Assembly (NCBI GenBank): GCA_963695545.1
Contig: OY968796.1
Span: 2,592,001 to 2,656,000, forward strand
Direction: 5' to 3'
Source: Terriglobia bacterium
GTDB taxonomy: Bacteria > Acidobacteriota > Terriglobia > Acidiferrales > UBA7541
Length of the DNA: 64,000 nucleotides
In this document: positions 28,100 through 38,288 of the stretch, piece by piece
Numbering within the stretch: the stretch's first letter is position 1
Layout: each line of letters opens with the position of its first letter
Notes under the pieces: generated by a model
The model's database searches: none
What the model was told of the DNA's origin: nothing
What the model saw: only the letters and a program-made list of their open reading frames with translations
Made by a program: the position numbers and the translations under genes

Positions 28100-30805
28100 A
28101 TGCGTGTGCTCAATCGCATTTGGAGTTTTTTTCGCAGCCTCGCTCATCGCGGTGAGGTCGACCGCGAATTGGATGCCGAGGTGCGCGCGCACGCCGAAAT
28201 GCTGGCGGACGAGAAAGTGCAGCAGGGAATGAGCGCGCAGCAGGCGCAACGCGCGGCGCGGCTTGAGATGGGCGGCATCGAGCAAGTGAAAGAAGAAGTC
28301 CGCAGCGCACGGCCGGGCGTGTGGCTCGAAACGCTGTGGCAAGACGTGCGCTTCAGCGCGCGCATGCTGCGCAAGAATCCCGCCTTCACCGCCGTCGCCG
28401 TTCTGACGCTCGCGCTCGGCATCGGCGCGAACACCGCGATTTTTAGCCTCGTGGATGTCGTGCTGTTTCGGCCGCTGCCTATCGCAAAGCCGAGCGAAGT
28501 CGTGCGCTTCACCACTGGGAGTACGCGCGGAGAATCGAGGTTTGCGTGGCTGTCATTCCCCGCGTACGAAGAGTACCGCGACAATACGGACGCGTTCTCC
28601 GGAATCGTGGCCTATCTTGACCGGCTGCCGGTGAATTTTTCCGCCGCCGGCGCGGGAGCCGAGCGCGTGGATGCGGGGATGGTCACTGGAAATTATTTTC
28701 AAGTGCTTGGAATCAATCCTATGCTGGGCCGCGTGATTCTGCCGGACGACGATCGTGCCGGCGCGGCGCCCGTGGTCATGCTGAGTTACGGCTATTGGCG
28801 GCGGAGTTTTGCCGCGGATCGCGGCGCGATCGGCAGGCAAGTGATCATCGATGGAGCGCCATTTACGATTGTGGGCGTCACGCCGCCCGGATTTGAGGGT
28901 GTGAGCTTTGAAAATTATCCGGGCGTTTGGCTGCCGATGTCCTACGGGTTCCAGATCGATCCGTTGTTGCACAGCCAGATCCCGTTGGGAAGAGAGTCGT
29001 TTCAATCGTTCGCGGTCGTGGCGCGATTGAGGCCGGGTGTCTCCGCTCAACAGGCGCAGGCGCAAGTCGAAACCGTTGCGGAACGTTACGGCGCGGGTCA
29101 GCCCGCCCCGGTCGAGCGCACGTACGTGCGGCTGTGGCCAGTCTTGGTGCCAGCGCTCGAGGAAGCGCAACAATCGGGGAGCCGGCTCTCGCGATTGCTG
29201 ATGGGAATTGTGCTCATCGTATTGCTGATCGCGTGTGCGGACGGGGCGGGATTGCTGCTGGCGCGCGCGGAGAATCGTCAGAAGGAAATTGCGCTGCGGC
29301 TGGCGCTGGGCGCCACGCGAAACCGAACGATCCGATTGCATCTGATCGAAGCGCTGGTCGTCGCGGCGCTGGGTACCGCGGCGGGCGGGTTGCTCGCGTA
29401 CTGCGGCGTGAAATTGCTGACCGCCGAAGCGCCCCCGACGCTGCCGATACCAATCGACCGGGCGGTGTCGATCCTGGATTTGCGCGTGCTCGCATTCACA
29501 TCGCTCGTCGGGATTCTCGCGGGACTCGCGAGCGGAATCGCGCCGGCGTGGCGGCATTCGCGTTCCGACCTGGGACTTTCGTTGAAAGGGACGGCGCGAA
29601 CCGGAAGCACGACTCTTTTTCGACTTCCGTTGCGGAGCGCGCTGGTGATTCTGCAGGTCGGGGCTTGCGTTCCTCTGCTAATCGGCGCGGGGCTGCTCGC
29701 GCGGACCCTGGCCCAGGCGGCCCGCATTCCTCTCGGCTTTGATTCCGACCATCTGGCCTTCGCCTCAACGGATCCGATGCGCCAGGGTTACAGCAAGGCC
29801 GCGGCCGCGAGTTTGCTCGAGCCGCTGCTGGATGCGCTGCGCGCGCAGCCGGGTGTGCAATCTGCGGCGCTGGGCAGCGCGACGCCGCTTCAAGGCGGGC
29901 CCGGCACCGTCATAGTTCCGGAAGGTCGCGAGGCCAACGGCGGGAAGGCCGATTGGGTGCAGCTGGTGATGGCGAGTCCAGGCTATTTCGACACCGTCGG
30001 AATTCCGATGCTCGGCGGCCGCGATTTTGCGTTGTCCGACGGGGAGAGTGCGCCGCGCGCGGCCATAGTGAACGCGTTCGCGGCGCAGGAATATTGGCCG
30101 GGACAGAATCCGATCGGGAAGCACATCGAAGATGTCGGCCCGAAGAACCAAACGTTCGAGGTAGTGGGAGTCGTCGGCAACACAGCGCCTGGAGAACTGG
30201 GGGCGGCGCCTTTTCCCGTCGTCTATGTGCCGTTCGAGCAGGCCTATTTAATGTTCCCGTTTCAGCCGGACGTCGATCTGCTCGCGCGAGGCAGCGGCGA
30301 ATCGAGCGGCCTGCTTCCAGCCATTCGCGCGGCCGTGGCGCGCATGAATCCGAATTTGCCGGTGTTTCGCGCCCACACGATGCGGGAACAAGTTGCGATG
30401 GTGCTGGGTGAGCAGAATTTTCTCGCGCGAGCGCTCATGCTTTTTTCCGTCCTGGCGACGATTTTGTCTGCGACGGGCATCTACGGTTTGCTTTCGTACA
30501 CGACCGCGAACTCAACGCAAGAGCTGGGCATTCGCCTGGCGCTCGGCGCGCAGCCACGCAGCGTTCTGTGGATGGTGATTCGGAAAGGAATGGCGCTGAT
30601 GGTCGTGGGCCTCGTCATCGGCCTGACGGCCGCTGTGGGGCTGACGCACCTGGTCGCCGCCTATCTTTACGGCGTCCGGCCGACCGATCTCTTCACCTTC
30701 GCCGCGGTGGCGTTGCTGATTTTCGTCGTCACGCTGGCAGCCTGCTATTTTCCGGCGCGGACAGCCACGAAAGTCGATCCGATCGTCGCTCTGCGCTACG
30801 AATAG
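28100..30805 (+). CDS. ADOP-type duplicated ABC permease (MacB/FtsX family)
   Basis: QDVRFSARMLRKNPAFTAVAVLTLALGIGANTAIFS; two EI/LGIRLALGA motifs; ends KVDPIVALRYE. Confidence 0.95.
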   Translation: MRVLNRIWSFFRSLAHRGEVDRELDAEVRAHAEMLADEKVQQGMSAQQAQRAARLEMGGIEQVKEEVRSARPGVWLETLWQDVRFSARMLRKNPAFTAVAVLTLALGIGANTAIFSLVDVVLFRPLPIAKPSEVVRFTTGSTRGESRFAWLSFPAYEEYRDNTDAFSGIVAYLDRLPVNFSAAGAGAERVDAGMVTGNYFQVLGINPMLGRVILPDDDRAGAAPVVMLSYGYWRRSFAADRGAIGRQVIIDGAPFTIVGVTPPGFEGVSFENYPGVWLPMSYGFQIDPLLHSQIPLGRESFQSFAVVARLRPGVSAQQAQAQVETVAERYGAGQPAPVERTYVRLWPVLVPALEEAQQSGSRLSRLLMGIVLIVLLIACADGAGLLLARAENRQKEIALRLALGATRNRTIRLHLIEALVVAALGTAAGGLLAYCGVKLLTAEAPPTLPIPIDRAVSILDLRVLAFTSLVGILAGLASGIAPAWRHSRSDLGLSLKGTARTGSTTLFRLPLRSALVILQVGACVPLLIGAGLLARTLAQAARIPLGFDSDHLAFASTDPMRQGYSKAAAASLLEPLLDALRAQPGVQSAALGSATPLQGGPGTVIVPEGREANGGKADWVQLVMASPGYFDTVGIPMLGGRDFALSDGESAPRAAIVNAFAAQEYWPGQNPIGKHIEDVGPKNQTFEVVGVVGNTAPGELGAAPFPVVYVPFEQAYLMFPFQPDVDLLARGSGESSGLLPAIRAAVARMNPNLPVFRAHTMREQVAMVLGEQNFLARALMLFSVLATILSATGIYGLLSYTTANSTQELGIRLALGAQPRSVLWMVIRKGMALMVVGLVIGLTAAVGLTHLVAAYLYGVRPTDLFTFAAVALLIFVVTLAACYFPARTATKVDPIVALRYE

Positions 30806-30847
30806 CCGATCGCGCGCCGGCCGCTTCGTGAGCGACTGTGGAGAATT

Positions 30848-31276
30848 TCACGGATCTTTGAACTGAGATTTTTTCGGAAAATCCACGTGCCAGAGCTTGT
30901 CTTCGGTCAGTTTTAGCGCGCCGACCATCCAGACGCCTTCCTTGTACGCTCTCCAGGCGATCTGAAACATTTGCGGTACGGCGGCCGCCGGGTCGGGATC
31001 CAATTTTCCGAGCAGTTTGATGGAGATCGTGTCGCCGCGCTCGAGGGGTTCTTGCAGCACGGCGCGGCAACCTGTTGCGCTGATATCGGTTGTGAAAGTT
31101 TTCTCGCAGAAAAGCTTTCCCGCGCGGTCGAATCCGGAAATTTCCACCGGATATCGCAGATTCACCCGCTTGGCCATGCGGCGATCGCTGACGATTTCGC
31201 TGACGAGCGTCTCCCAATCCGCGGAGGACATCGCCGTTTTTCCACCTTTGCTGTGGTCGCGCAAGTCGCTCGGCAT
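30848..31276 (-). CDS. PilZ domain protein
   Basis: RMAKR (RxxxR) and DISATG (DxSxxG); start moved downstream of the sigma54 promoter (AGGA RBS). Confidence 0.85.
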   Translation of the reverse strand: MPSDLRDHSKGGKTAMSSADWETLVSEIVSDRRMAKRVNLRYPVEISGFDRAGKLFCEKTFTTDISATGCRAVLQEPLERGDTISIKLLGKLDPDPAAAVPQMFQIAWRAYKEGVWMVGALKLTEDKLWHVDFPKKSQFKDP

Positions 31277-31323
31277 GATTTCTTTCCTGGTCGAATCGCC
31301 GTTCGCCGCTGTTGATAACGTTC

Positions 31324-31338
31324 GCAGTTTCAATGCCA
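31324..31338 (-). promoter_or_regulatory. Sigma54 -24/-12 promoter
   Basis: TGGCAT-TGAAA-CTGC with correct GG-N10-GC spacing. Confidence 0.6.
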
Positions 31339-31449
31339 CGCGAGCGTTGATTGGCCATTGATTCGAAGGCGTTTACAGAAGCGAGCGAACAGGCAGGCGC
31401 CGCAACTGAAACGAATGTTCCTGAGCGGTACAATCGAAACGAGGGAATT

Positions 31450-32868
31450 TCAAGCGGCCGAAGCGCCGGCCTTATGCGTCCGCTGCGCGCGCTTCAGAAA
31501 ACGGTACAAGCTGGTGCGCCCGATCCCCAGAACCTGCGCGGCGCGGACTCGATTGCCCTGGCAGGTTTCGAGCACGCGTTCGATGTGCAACCGGCGAACT
31601 TCTTCAAGCGGCATGGGTCGCCAGGTTTGGCCTGCGCCCACGCCGATGGTGGGTTTCTGCATATGCTCGGGCAAATCGTCAACGTCGATGAAATCGCTGG
31701 CGGTGGTGAGGCAGGCGCTGGAGACCACGTTTTCAAGTTCGCGCACGTTGCCCGGCCAGGAATGCTGCAGCAAGATGGTTTGCGCGCGGCGCGTAAGGCC
31801 GCGCACGGTCTTGGCGTAGGCTTCGTTGTATTTCTTGAGGAAAAATTGGATGAGCAGCGGAATATCTTCCAGGCGCTCGGCCAAACTCGGCACGCGAATT
31901 TGAATCGTGCTCAATCGGTAGTAGAGGTCTTCGCGGAAGTGGCCGGCCAAGACGTCGGCGCGCAGGTCGCGATTGGTGGCCGCGATGAGCCGGACGCTTA
32001 CGGTGCGCACTTCGGGCGAGCCCACGCGCTGGATCTCTCGATTCTGAATCACGCGCAGAAGCTTGGCCTGCATCGCGAGCGAAGTTTCGCCGACTTCATC
32101 GAGGAACACGGTGCCGCCGTTGGCGTACTCGAACAGCCCGGCGCGCGTCTCCGTGGCGCCGGTGAACGCGCCGCGCACGTGACCGAAGAGCTGGCTTTCG
32201 AGGAGCGTGTCCACGATCGCCGAACAATTGCACACGGCGAAGCGTTGCTGCGCCACGGGACTCATGTGATGGAGCGCGTGCGCCACCAGTTCCTTGCCCG
32301 TGCCGGTCGCTCCGGAGATCAGAACGTTCGAATAGTGCCGCGCCACTTTCCGCGCCACCTCGAACACCTCGACCATCGCCGGGCTTCGGCCGACGATTCC
32401 GTGAAATTCCAGGTCGGCCAGTAGCTGTTGCTCGAGTTCGCGGATGCGCTTTCTGCGGCGGAAAGAATCGGCGATTTCGTCGAGCGTGCGTTTAAGGCGC
32501 GTCTTGTCGATGGGCTTCGGAAGATAGTCGTACGCACCGTTCTTGATGGCTTCGATCGCGGAATCGAGCGAGTAGAAGCCGGTCATCAGAATCACGTAGA
32601 CGCCCGGGTCGCGCTCCAGCGCGAGCCTCAGAAACGTCAGCCCGTCCATCGCCGGCATTTTCAAATCCGAGATCACCACGCGGCAACGGCCCTCCGCGAT
32701 CAGGCCGAGCACCTGTTGTGGATCGTTTGTGCCCACCGCTTCGAAGCCCCACTGCGCCGTCATGGCTTCGAGAATTTCGACGACAGCGGGATCGTCGTCC
32801 AAAATGGCGATCGGGAAACCATCGCGGACCGCTGTCGGCGGAATTGCCTTCGCTGTGACCGTGCCCAT
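31450..32868 (-). CDS. Sigma54-dependent response regulator (NtrC family)
   Basis: Receiver domain (DDD, SDLKMP), [31 protein letters not shown], Fis-type HTH. Confidence 0.97.
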   Translation of the reverse strand: MGTVTAKAIPPTAVRDGFPIAILDDDPAVVEILEAMTAQWGFEAVGTNDPQQVLGLIAEGRCRVVISDLKMPAMDGLTFLRLALERDPGVYVILMTGFYSLDSAIEAIKNGAYDYLPKPIDKTRLKRTLDEIADSFRRRKRIRELEQQLLADLEFHGIVGRSPAMVEVFEVARKVARHYSNVLISGATGTGKELVAHALHHMSPVAQQRFAVCNCSAIVDTLLESQLFGHVRGAFTGATETRAGLFEYANGGTVFLDEVGETSLAMQAKLLRVIQNREIQRVGSPEVRTVSVRLIAATNRDLRADVLAGHFREDLYYRLSTIQIRVPSLAERLEDIPLLIQFFLKKYNEAYAKTVRGLTRRAQTILLQHSWPGNVRELENVVSSACLTTASDFIDVDDLPEHMQKPTIGVGAGQTWRPMPLEEVRRLHIERVLETCQGNRVRAAQVLGIGRTSLYRFLKRAQRTHKAGASAA

Positions 32869-32882
32869 GGCACATTAACCGG

Positions 32883-32897
32883 GCAATGCCGATGCCA
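32883..32897 (-). promoter_or_regulatory. Sigma54 -24/-12 promoter
   Basis: TGGCAT-CGGCA-TTGC, near-consensus, 15 nt upstream of ATG 32868. Confidence 0.7.
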
Positions 32898-33192
32898 CAC
32901 CGACAAGAGAAATGCTGCGGCCACGAAGAAAAACGAATGGGTTCGCCTGCCGCTGCTTGATACCCTTCCCAAGGGATAGCTACAGCATGGCTTACGCGCT
33001 TTGAGCGCCGTGATTTTGTGGCACACCCGGTGAGGCGAATCGGGAAGGGAGCTGAGTGGCAGCGCGGGATTTCGCTGCGTTCTCCCGATTTGGGAGGGAA
33101 CGCCTTCGAGAAGTTCTAAATGCGGACTCCGGCGGGCCAGCAGGACTCTGTCGATGATATCGCGCGCGGCGTGAGCAACCACGGAGCGCCGT

Positions 33193-33471
33193 TCAATTCG
33201 ACGACGGCTCCCGCTTTTTCGCATCGTCGAGCGCCGCGATGAACTCCAGCTCGAAGAGATGCATCTGCACCCATTCGCCAGTTTCGGCGCGCATCTCGCA
33301 GTAGGTGTCGCCGCGAGCCAGCATTTCGTTCGAAGACTCGAATGAGGCCTCGAGCGACCCATCGAATGAAGCATCAAGTGAAATGATGCGTTGCGCCGCG
33401 CCGGCCTCGCGGATTTCACCGTCGGTGGCGCAGCGGTCCGTGGCCGCGTGCTCAGGCAGATTGCTTTTCAT
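33193..33471 (-). CDS. Hypothetical protein
   Basis: 92 aa from ATG 33471; overlaps the upstream stop; no recognised motif. Confidence 0.45.
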   Translation of the reverse strand: MKSNLPEHAATDRCATDGEIREAGAAQRIISLDASFDGSLEASFESSNEMLARGDTYCEMRAETGEWVQMHLFELEFIAALDDAKKREPSSN

Positions 33472-33799
33472 GGCGTGTGAACTCCACAAAGGAATCCAGC
33501 GAACGATTACTTGGCGCGTTTGTCGAACCGGTTCGCCGGTAAGGCACAAGTCGCACCTTGAATTTTTTCCAATCGCAAGTTTCGTTTTCCACCGCCAGCT
33601 CAGCCTGATAGGCCATCAAGAGCGGCCCGCTCAATCCCAAATGCGAGATCGGCCGCACGGAGAGCAACGAGCCATCGCGCACCGCCGAGCGCAAACTGAC
33701 GAACTTATCCCCGTCTCCATTCCAGAAAAGTTCGGTGCGTTCCACGAAGAATTGCGCGTCGACGTCCCAGCCGGATACCTCAACGGAATACTTAGCCAT
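33452..33799 (-). CDS. Degenerate PilZ-like hypothetical protein
   Basis: YSVEVSGWDVDAQFFVERT resembles YPVEISGFDRAGKLFCEKT of 30848-31276; GAGG RBS; no RxxxR. Confidence 0.6.
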   Translation of the reverse strand: MAKYSVEVSGWDVDAQFFVERTELFWNGDGDKFVSLRSAVRDGSLLSVRPISHLGLSGPLLMAYQAELAVENETCDWKKFKVRLVPYRRTGSTNAPSNRSLDSFVEFTRHEKQSA

Positions 33800-34124
33800 G
33801 GTAGCCTCGGATGGCATCGCAGCGATCTCCTCTCTGGAGTAAGAGCAGGCGCGCTGCCAAAATGGCGTCACCCAAGCTATTGACCGCAAGGCGCTTGTTC
33901 CGTCGCGCCGCCGCCGCTATGTGCCGCGCGCGCCTCAATGCCACACAGGTGTTTGCATCTGAAACACCCGCGCGGCCATGGCCAAGCGCGCCGCTCGGAT
34001 CAATTGCTGCTAAGATCGCGCGCGCGAAGCGAGATGCTGCCCGAATCAGCCGCCCGTTAGGGTTGAAAGGTCTGGAACGCGGTCCGCTTTTGCAACGCAA
34101 CCATTTCTTGCGGAGAGACCGGCG

Positions 34125-35252
34125 ATGAGACGACGGGATTTTCTGAAGAGTGCGGGCGCCCTCGCGGCCGTGGGCGCGGCGGGATCGCCCCTTCGAGCAT
34201 TGGCGCGCGCGGCCGACACCGCCGCGGCGCCGCCCGTTGGGCGCGCGATGTCAGCCGGCTCGCAATTTGATCGCGTTCCCTCCGATGACGATCTGCGCTG
34301 GCTCGCCGCGCTTGGCGTGCGCCACGTTTGCAGCGGTCCGCCGGCCGCGCACTTCGACGGAAGCTGGAGCGCCGCAAGCCTCGATGAAATCAAGTCGCGC
34401 GCCGCGTCTGCGGGCATCGCGCTCGATATGATCGCGCTGCCCATGGCCTCCAGCTACATCGCAAACGCGGATAATCCGAACATCATGCTGGGCAAAAGTC
34501 CCGAGCGCGACCGCGAAATCGACGGCATCTGCGAAATCATCCGCAACGTCGCGAGCGCTGGAATTCCCGCCGTGAAGTACAACCTCACGATCCTCGGCGT
34601 GGTGCGCACCGGCGCCACTCCGGCCCGCGGCAGCGCGCGCTACAGCACCTTCGTCTATGCCAATGCCAAGCAGGATCCGCCGCTCACCGAAGCCGGCGAA
34701 GTGAGCGCCGATGAAATGTGGGAGCGCATCACTTATTTTCTTGAGCGCGTCGTTCCCGTGGCCACGCAAAATAAAGTGCGCCTCGCGTGCCACCCTCACG
34801 ATCCCGCCATGCCCGCGGACACCGGCTTCCGCGGCGTTCATCGCGTGCTCGGCAGCGTCGCCGGTCTCAAGCGCTTCATCGAAATCGAGGCCAGCCCGTA
34901 TCACGGACTCAATTTTTGCCAGGGCACGGTGAGCGAAATGCTCGACGATCCGGGAAGGGAAGTGTTCGACGTGATTCGCTACTTCGGCGCGCGCCGCAAA
35001 ATCTTCAACGTGCATTTCCGCAATATCAAAGGCCGCTTCCTCGATTTCCAGGAAACTTTTCCCGATGACGGCAGCGTGAACATGGTCGAGGCGCTCAAGA
35101 CCTACCGCGAAGTCGGTTACGACGGCATGATCATGCCCGATCACGCGCCCCAGATCGATGGCGATGCGGATCATCGCCAGGCTTTCGCATTCGAGTTCGG
35201 TTACATTCAGGCGCTGCTTCAGGCCTTCCCGCCCGCCGTCGCGAAAACCTGA
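34125..35252 (+). CDS. uxuA: Mannonate dehydratase family protein with Tat signal
   Basis: [46 protein letters not shown]. Confidence 0.88.
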   Translation: MRRRDFLKSAGALAAVGAAGSPLRALARAADTAAAPPVGRAMSAGSQFDRVPSDDDLRWLAALGVRHVCSGPPAAHFDGSWSAASLDEIKSRAASAGIALDMIALPMASSYIANADNPNIMLGKSPERDREIDGICEIIRNVASAGIPAVKYNLTILGVVRTGATPARGSARYSTFVYANAKQDPPLTEAGEVSADEMWERITYFLERVVPVATQNKVRLACHPHDPAMPADTGFRGVHRVLGSVAGLKRFIEIEASPYHGLNFCQGTVSEMLDDPGREVFDVIRYFGARRKIFNVHFRNIKGRFLDFQETFPDDGSVNMVEALKTYREVGYDGMIMPDHAPQIDGDADHRQAFAFEFGYIQALLQAFPPAVAKT

Positions 35253-35291
35253 GCCTCGAATTCGTAGCGTCTGATCGCCAGGCGATCCGCG

Positions 35292-35990
35292 CTACTTCGT
35301 GATCTCCAGCGCCACTTGCGTGTAGTAGTGTCCCGCCGCGCCCAGCACGCGATACGTGCGATCGAACGCGTAAGAATAATCGCGAAAGGCCTTCCACTCG
35401 TGCAACGGGTTCGCGAACTCGTCAAAAATCAGGATCGATCCCGCCGTAAGAATCGGGTCCACGGTCGAAAGCATAAAAAGCGTTGACGAATAAAGATCCG
35501 AATCGTTGTGAATCACCAGGCGCGCGCGCGGCTCGAAATCCCGCAGGAATGGCCGCAGCGTTTCGCTGAACCACCCGGCGATGAAGCGCACGCGCGGATC
35601 GCGCGTCGCCGGCGCCGACCCCTGCGTTGAGAACGCTCCTTCAGGCCCGTATCCCGTGATGCCCGCCGGCGCCGCGGGCAATCCCTCGAACGAATCGAAA
35701 CCAATAAAGCGGCTGTCGGGGTGCGAATTGATCGCGGCCCACTTCAAGATCGATTCGCCGCGATACACGCCAAACTCCAAATAGTCGATCGGTTCGTTGC
35801 GCAGGATTTTCGCGGCAATCTCCTCGTAAAGCTCGAACCTGTGCGGAAAATATGGAAATGGCCGGTTGGCCTTGATCCACTGGTGCAATTCCGCGTTCGC
35901 GCCCAGCGCCCGCAGGAATTCTCCGTGCTTCCCCACAACGGAAGCAGCCACGCGTTTCCTGAATCGATTCCCACTCAATGAGCCCGCCAT
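35292..35990 (-). CDS. TylF/MycF-like class I O-methyltransferase
   Basis: YLEFGVYRGES, GFDSFEGLP, GWFSETL, HNDSDLYSST, IFDEF. Confidence 0.88.
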   Translation of the reverse strand: MAGSLSGNRFRKRVAASVVGKHGEFLRALGANAELHQWIKANRPFPYFPHRFELYEEIAAKILRNEPIDYLEFGVYRGESILKWAAINSHPDSRFIGFDSFEGLPAAPAGITGYGPEGAFSTQGSAPATRDPRVRFIAGWFSETLRPFLRDFEPRARLVIHNDSDLYSSTLFMLSTVDPILTAGSILIFDEFANPLHEWKAFRDYSYAFDRTYRVLGAAGHYYTQVALEITK

Positions 35991-36126
35991 CGCGTCCGCC
36001 TCGTCCTTATAGACCGCTCCGTACACTCCATAGAGCGCGGAGTATACTCCTCGTCTACATATCCATTATATATGTATCCCAGTGGAAGATTTCGTTGCCC
36101 AGCGGATTTCGGAGACGCTCGAGGTT

Positions 36127-36201
36127 TGGCTCCGGGGCCTGGACTCGAACCAGGATAACCAGCTCCAAAGGCTGGCGTGCTACCGATTGCACTACCCCGG
36201 A
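36127..36201 (-). tRNA. tRNA-Gln(UUG)
   Basis: Acceptor TCCGGGG/CCCCGGA-G-CCA; anticodon arm CCAGC-CTTTGGA-GCTGG; GGTTCGAGTCC T-arm. Confidence 0.97.
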
Positions 36202-36317
36202 GCAGCCCGAAAAGTGTAGCAGACGCGCCGACGCCTGCGCCATGCATCCGCCAGCGGCCTCCCGCCCCAGCTTCTTCTCCCGCGCCGATTCTGCTACCCT
36301 CATTCGAGCGCACTCGT

Positions 36318-36407
<90 letters not shown>

Positions 36408-36511
36408 CATCCTCTAACTCTAAATAGCGGATCGGCCCGCTATCTCATGTCCGCCGGCGCCGTTGGTCGGCGCAAACCCACTTTGTTCGTTGCAGCCGCG
36501 AGGCTTCAGGC

Positions 36512-37144
36512 ATGACTAGATTGCTGATCGCTGGTGCAACCGGCCTCGTCGGAAAGCTTGTCTTGGAGCAGGCGCTTGCGGACCAGCGGGTAAGTCGAGT
36601 GATCGCCCTGACCCGCCGCCCCATCGCATCGAGCGATAAGCTCCAGAACGTCGTGATCGACTTCTCCGACATGCCCGGCCAAGCCGCGTGGTGGTCCGTT
36701 GACGGCGTTGTCAGCGCGCTCGGCACGACGCGCGCCGCGGCCGGCTCGCCTTCCGCCTATCGGGCCGTCGATTACGACTACCCGCTTGCTGTCGCGCGTC
36801 ATGCGCGTGACCATGGCGCGACGCACTTTGCGCTGACCTCGTCGCTCGGAGCAAATCCTCGCTCGCGCTTCGTCTACACACGCACCAAGGGTGAATTGGA
36901 GCTTGAACTGAAGAAGCTCGGCTTCCCGTCCCTCACGATCGTTCGCCCAAGCGTGCTCGACGGGAATCGAGAGCACCAGCGCCTCGGCGAACGCATGGCC
37001 AACATCATCTTCAGAATCCTGGCTCCCGTACTCCCGCGCCGCCTGCGCACAAGTCCCGCAAGCGCCGTCGCAGCCTCTCTAATTGCCGGCGCCATCGACG
37101 CCCCGCCCGGCCTTCATGTCAAGCACAACGAAGAGATGACCTAA
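36512..37144 (+). CDS. NAD(P)H-binding oxidoreductase (YraR/TIP30-like atypical SDR)
   Basis: IAGATGLVG, ALGTT, VDYDYP, SSLGAN, YTRTKGE, IVRPSVLDG. Confidence 0.9.
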   Translation: MTRLLIAGATGLVGKLVLEQALADQRVSRVIALTRRPIASSDKLQNVVIDFSDMPGQAAWWSVDGVVSALGTTRAAAGSPSAYRAVDYDYPLAVARHARDHGATHFALTSSLGANPRSRFVYTRTKGELELELKKLGFPSLTIVRPSVLDGNREHQRLGERMANIIFRILAPVLPRRLRTSPASAVAASLIAGAIDAPPGLHVKHNEEMT

Positions 37145-37221
37145 GCGGCCGAGCTCGCCGAGCGCCCTAAACGCTTTGCAGGCCCGGAGCCTGCCTCCGC
37201 CCGCTTTCCTCCCACGCCTTT

Positions 37222-37353
37222 GCTTTCGCCCGTAACGTTGTCACCGTGCCGTGCCTCAAGACATTCGAGGCACATGAGCGTGAGCGAAGAAGGCTTCGCG
37301 CCGTCGTCAAGGCACGAGGTATTCTTCGCTCGCGTTCGGGTGACACGAAAGGC
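37222..37353 (+). repeat. Composite palindromic element (TGTCACC...GGTGACA ends, nested hairpins); REP/MITE-like or ncRNA
   Basis: Stems TGTCACC/GGTGACA, GTGCCTC/GAGGCAC, GAGCGTGAGCGAAGAA/TTCTTCGCTCGCGTTC. Confidence 0.65.
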
Positions 37354-37412
37354 GGGGCGCTCGCCCACGCACTTGTACACCGGCGTGGCGGGTGGCGCTG
37401 CCTTTGACCTGA

Positions 37413-37450
37413 GGGTGGCCCATTCTTTGCGGAACGCAAAGGGTGGGGCC
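37413..37450 (+). repeat. REP-like hairpin
   Basis: GGGTGG-CCCATTCTTTGCG-GAA-CGCAAAGGGTGGG. Confidence 0.55.
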
Positions 37451-37504
37451 GTTCATCTCCCAGATTCGCTCCGTTCGTCATGCGCCATTCGAAATAATTT
37501 CCAC

Positions 37505-37982
37505 AGTCTTTCGAATAGAATACCCTATCAATTACGTTGACACGTAGATTACCACCGTGCTATCATGCGGCGTGATCTGCAAACGCACATCCGCGCCTGT
37601 CACTCCGAGCGCCGGCACACGCGGCCGGTTCACCCGCCCCCTCTCGCCGCTCGACACGCGCCACTCACCGCTGCTCCACGCGCTCAAAAATACCGCCTCC
37701 AACCGGACCATTCCGCGCGACCTCGAGCATCGGATCAGCGATGCGAATCTTGAGCGAGCCGCGCGTTGGGCGAGTCGCAGGATCTCTCTGCATAGACCCC
37801 ACTTGTTTGCAAGAAACTGCACCTCCAAGCCCTGTATTTCCAATGTCTTGCAAATGAGTGCGCATCTTATTGAACACAAACGTTTTCAAGTGCCTTTATA
37901 TTCACACTCATCCGCACTCTTTCCCTGCAAGCCCTGTGTTTTCAAAATTTTAACAAAATACACCGGGGGTATATATGCACTT
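37505..37982 (+). repeat. Dispersed element copy B (promoter plus 159-bp core with four 25-bp units)
   Basis: TTCGAATA box; TTGACA-18-TATCAT at 37537-37566; core 37824-37982 is homologous to the reverse complement of 11056-11214. Confidence 0.85.
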
Positions 37983-38209
37983 CCCCCACGGCGCCAGGAC
38001 GCTCGACGGAAAACAAAACACTTAACTCGCACAGGCTAAACGCCCGGCCACGGTGCAAGATCGCCGTTTTTTCTAGCGGCAAGCAGGGCGGTGTTCCGGT
38101 TGAATCAACGCTCGCGCAGGACTCTTGCAGTTCAGATACCTGCAGGTCGGCTTCGAGCCGTTGTTGCGTCGATCACGAGCGACAACTGCTTGTCCGGCGC
38201 ACAAAATAC

Positions 38210-38238
38210 TTGACACGCTAAAGTAATCGCTTTATGAA
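38210..38238 (+). promoter_or_regulatory. Sigma70 promoter of the first fucosidase gene, with a palindromic spacer
   Basis: TTGACA-17-TATGAA; TAAAG-TAATCG-CTTTA inverted repeat overlaps the spacer. Confidence 0.55.
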
Positions 38239-38288
38239 AGTCGGCGCAGGTAGAGAGGTTTCACATAGAAAACGAAAAGGGGCAGCCA

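Noticed and set aside
33929..33943. Third sigma54 promoter upstream of the degenerate PilZ-like gene
   Set aside because: TGGCAT is present but the GC is one base off the strict GG-N10-GC spacing.
37557..38039. ORFs across the dispersed elements (37557-38039 +, 10717-11433 -, 9849-11345 -) as real proteins
   Set aside because: Differences between copies are almost all non-synonymous, start frames disagree, and the minus ORFs overlap the MidA gene antisense. A short peptide is not fully excluded.
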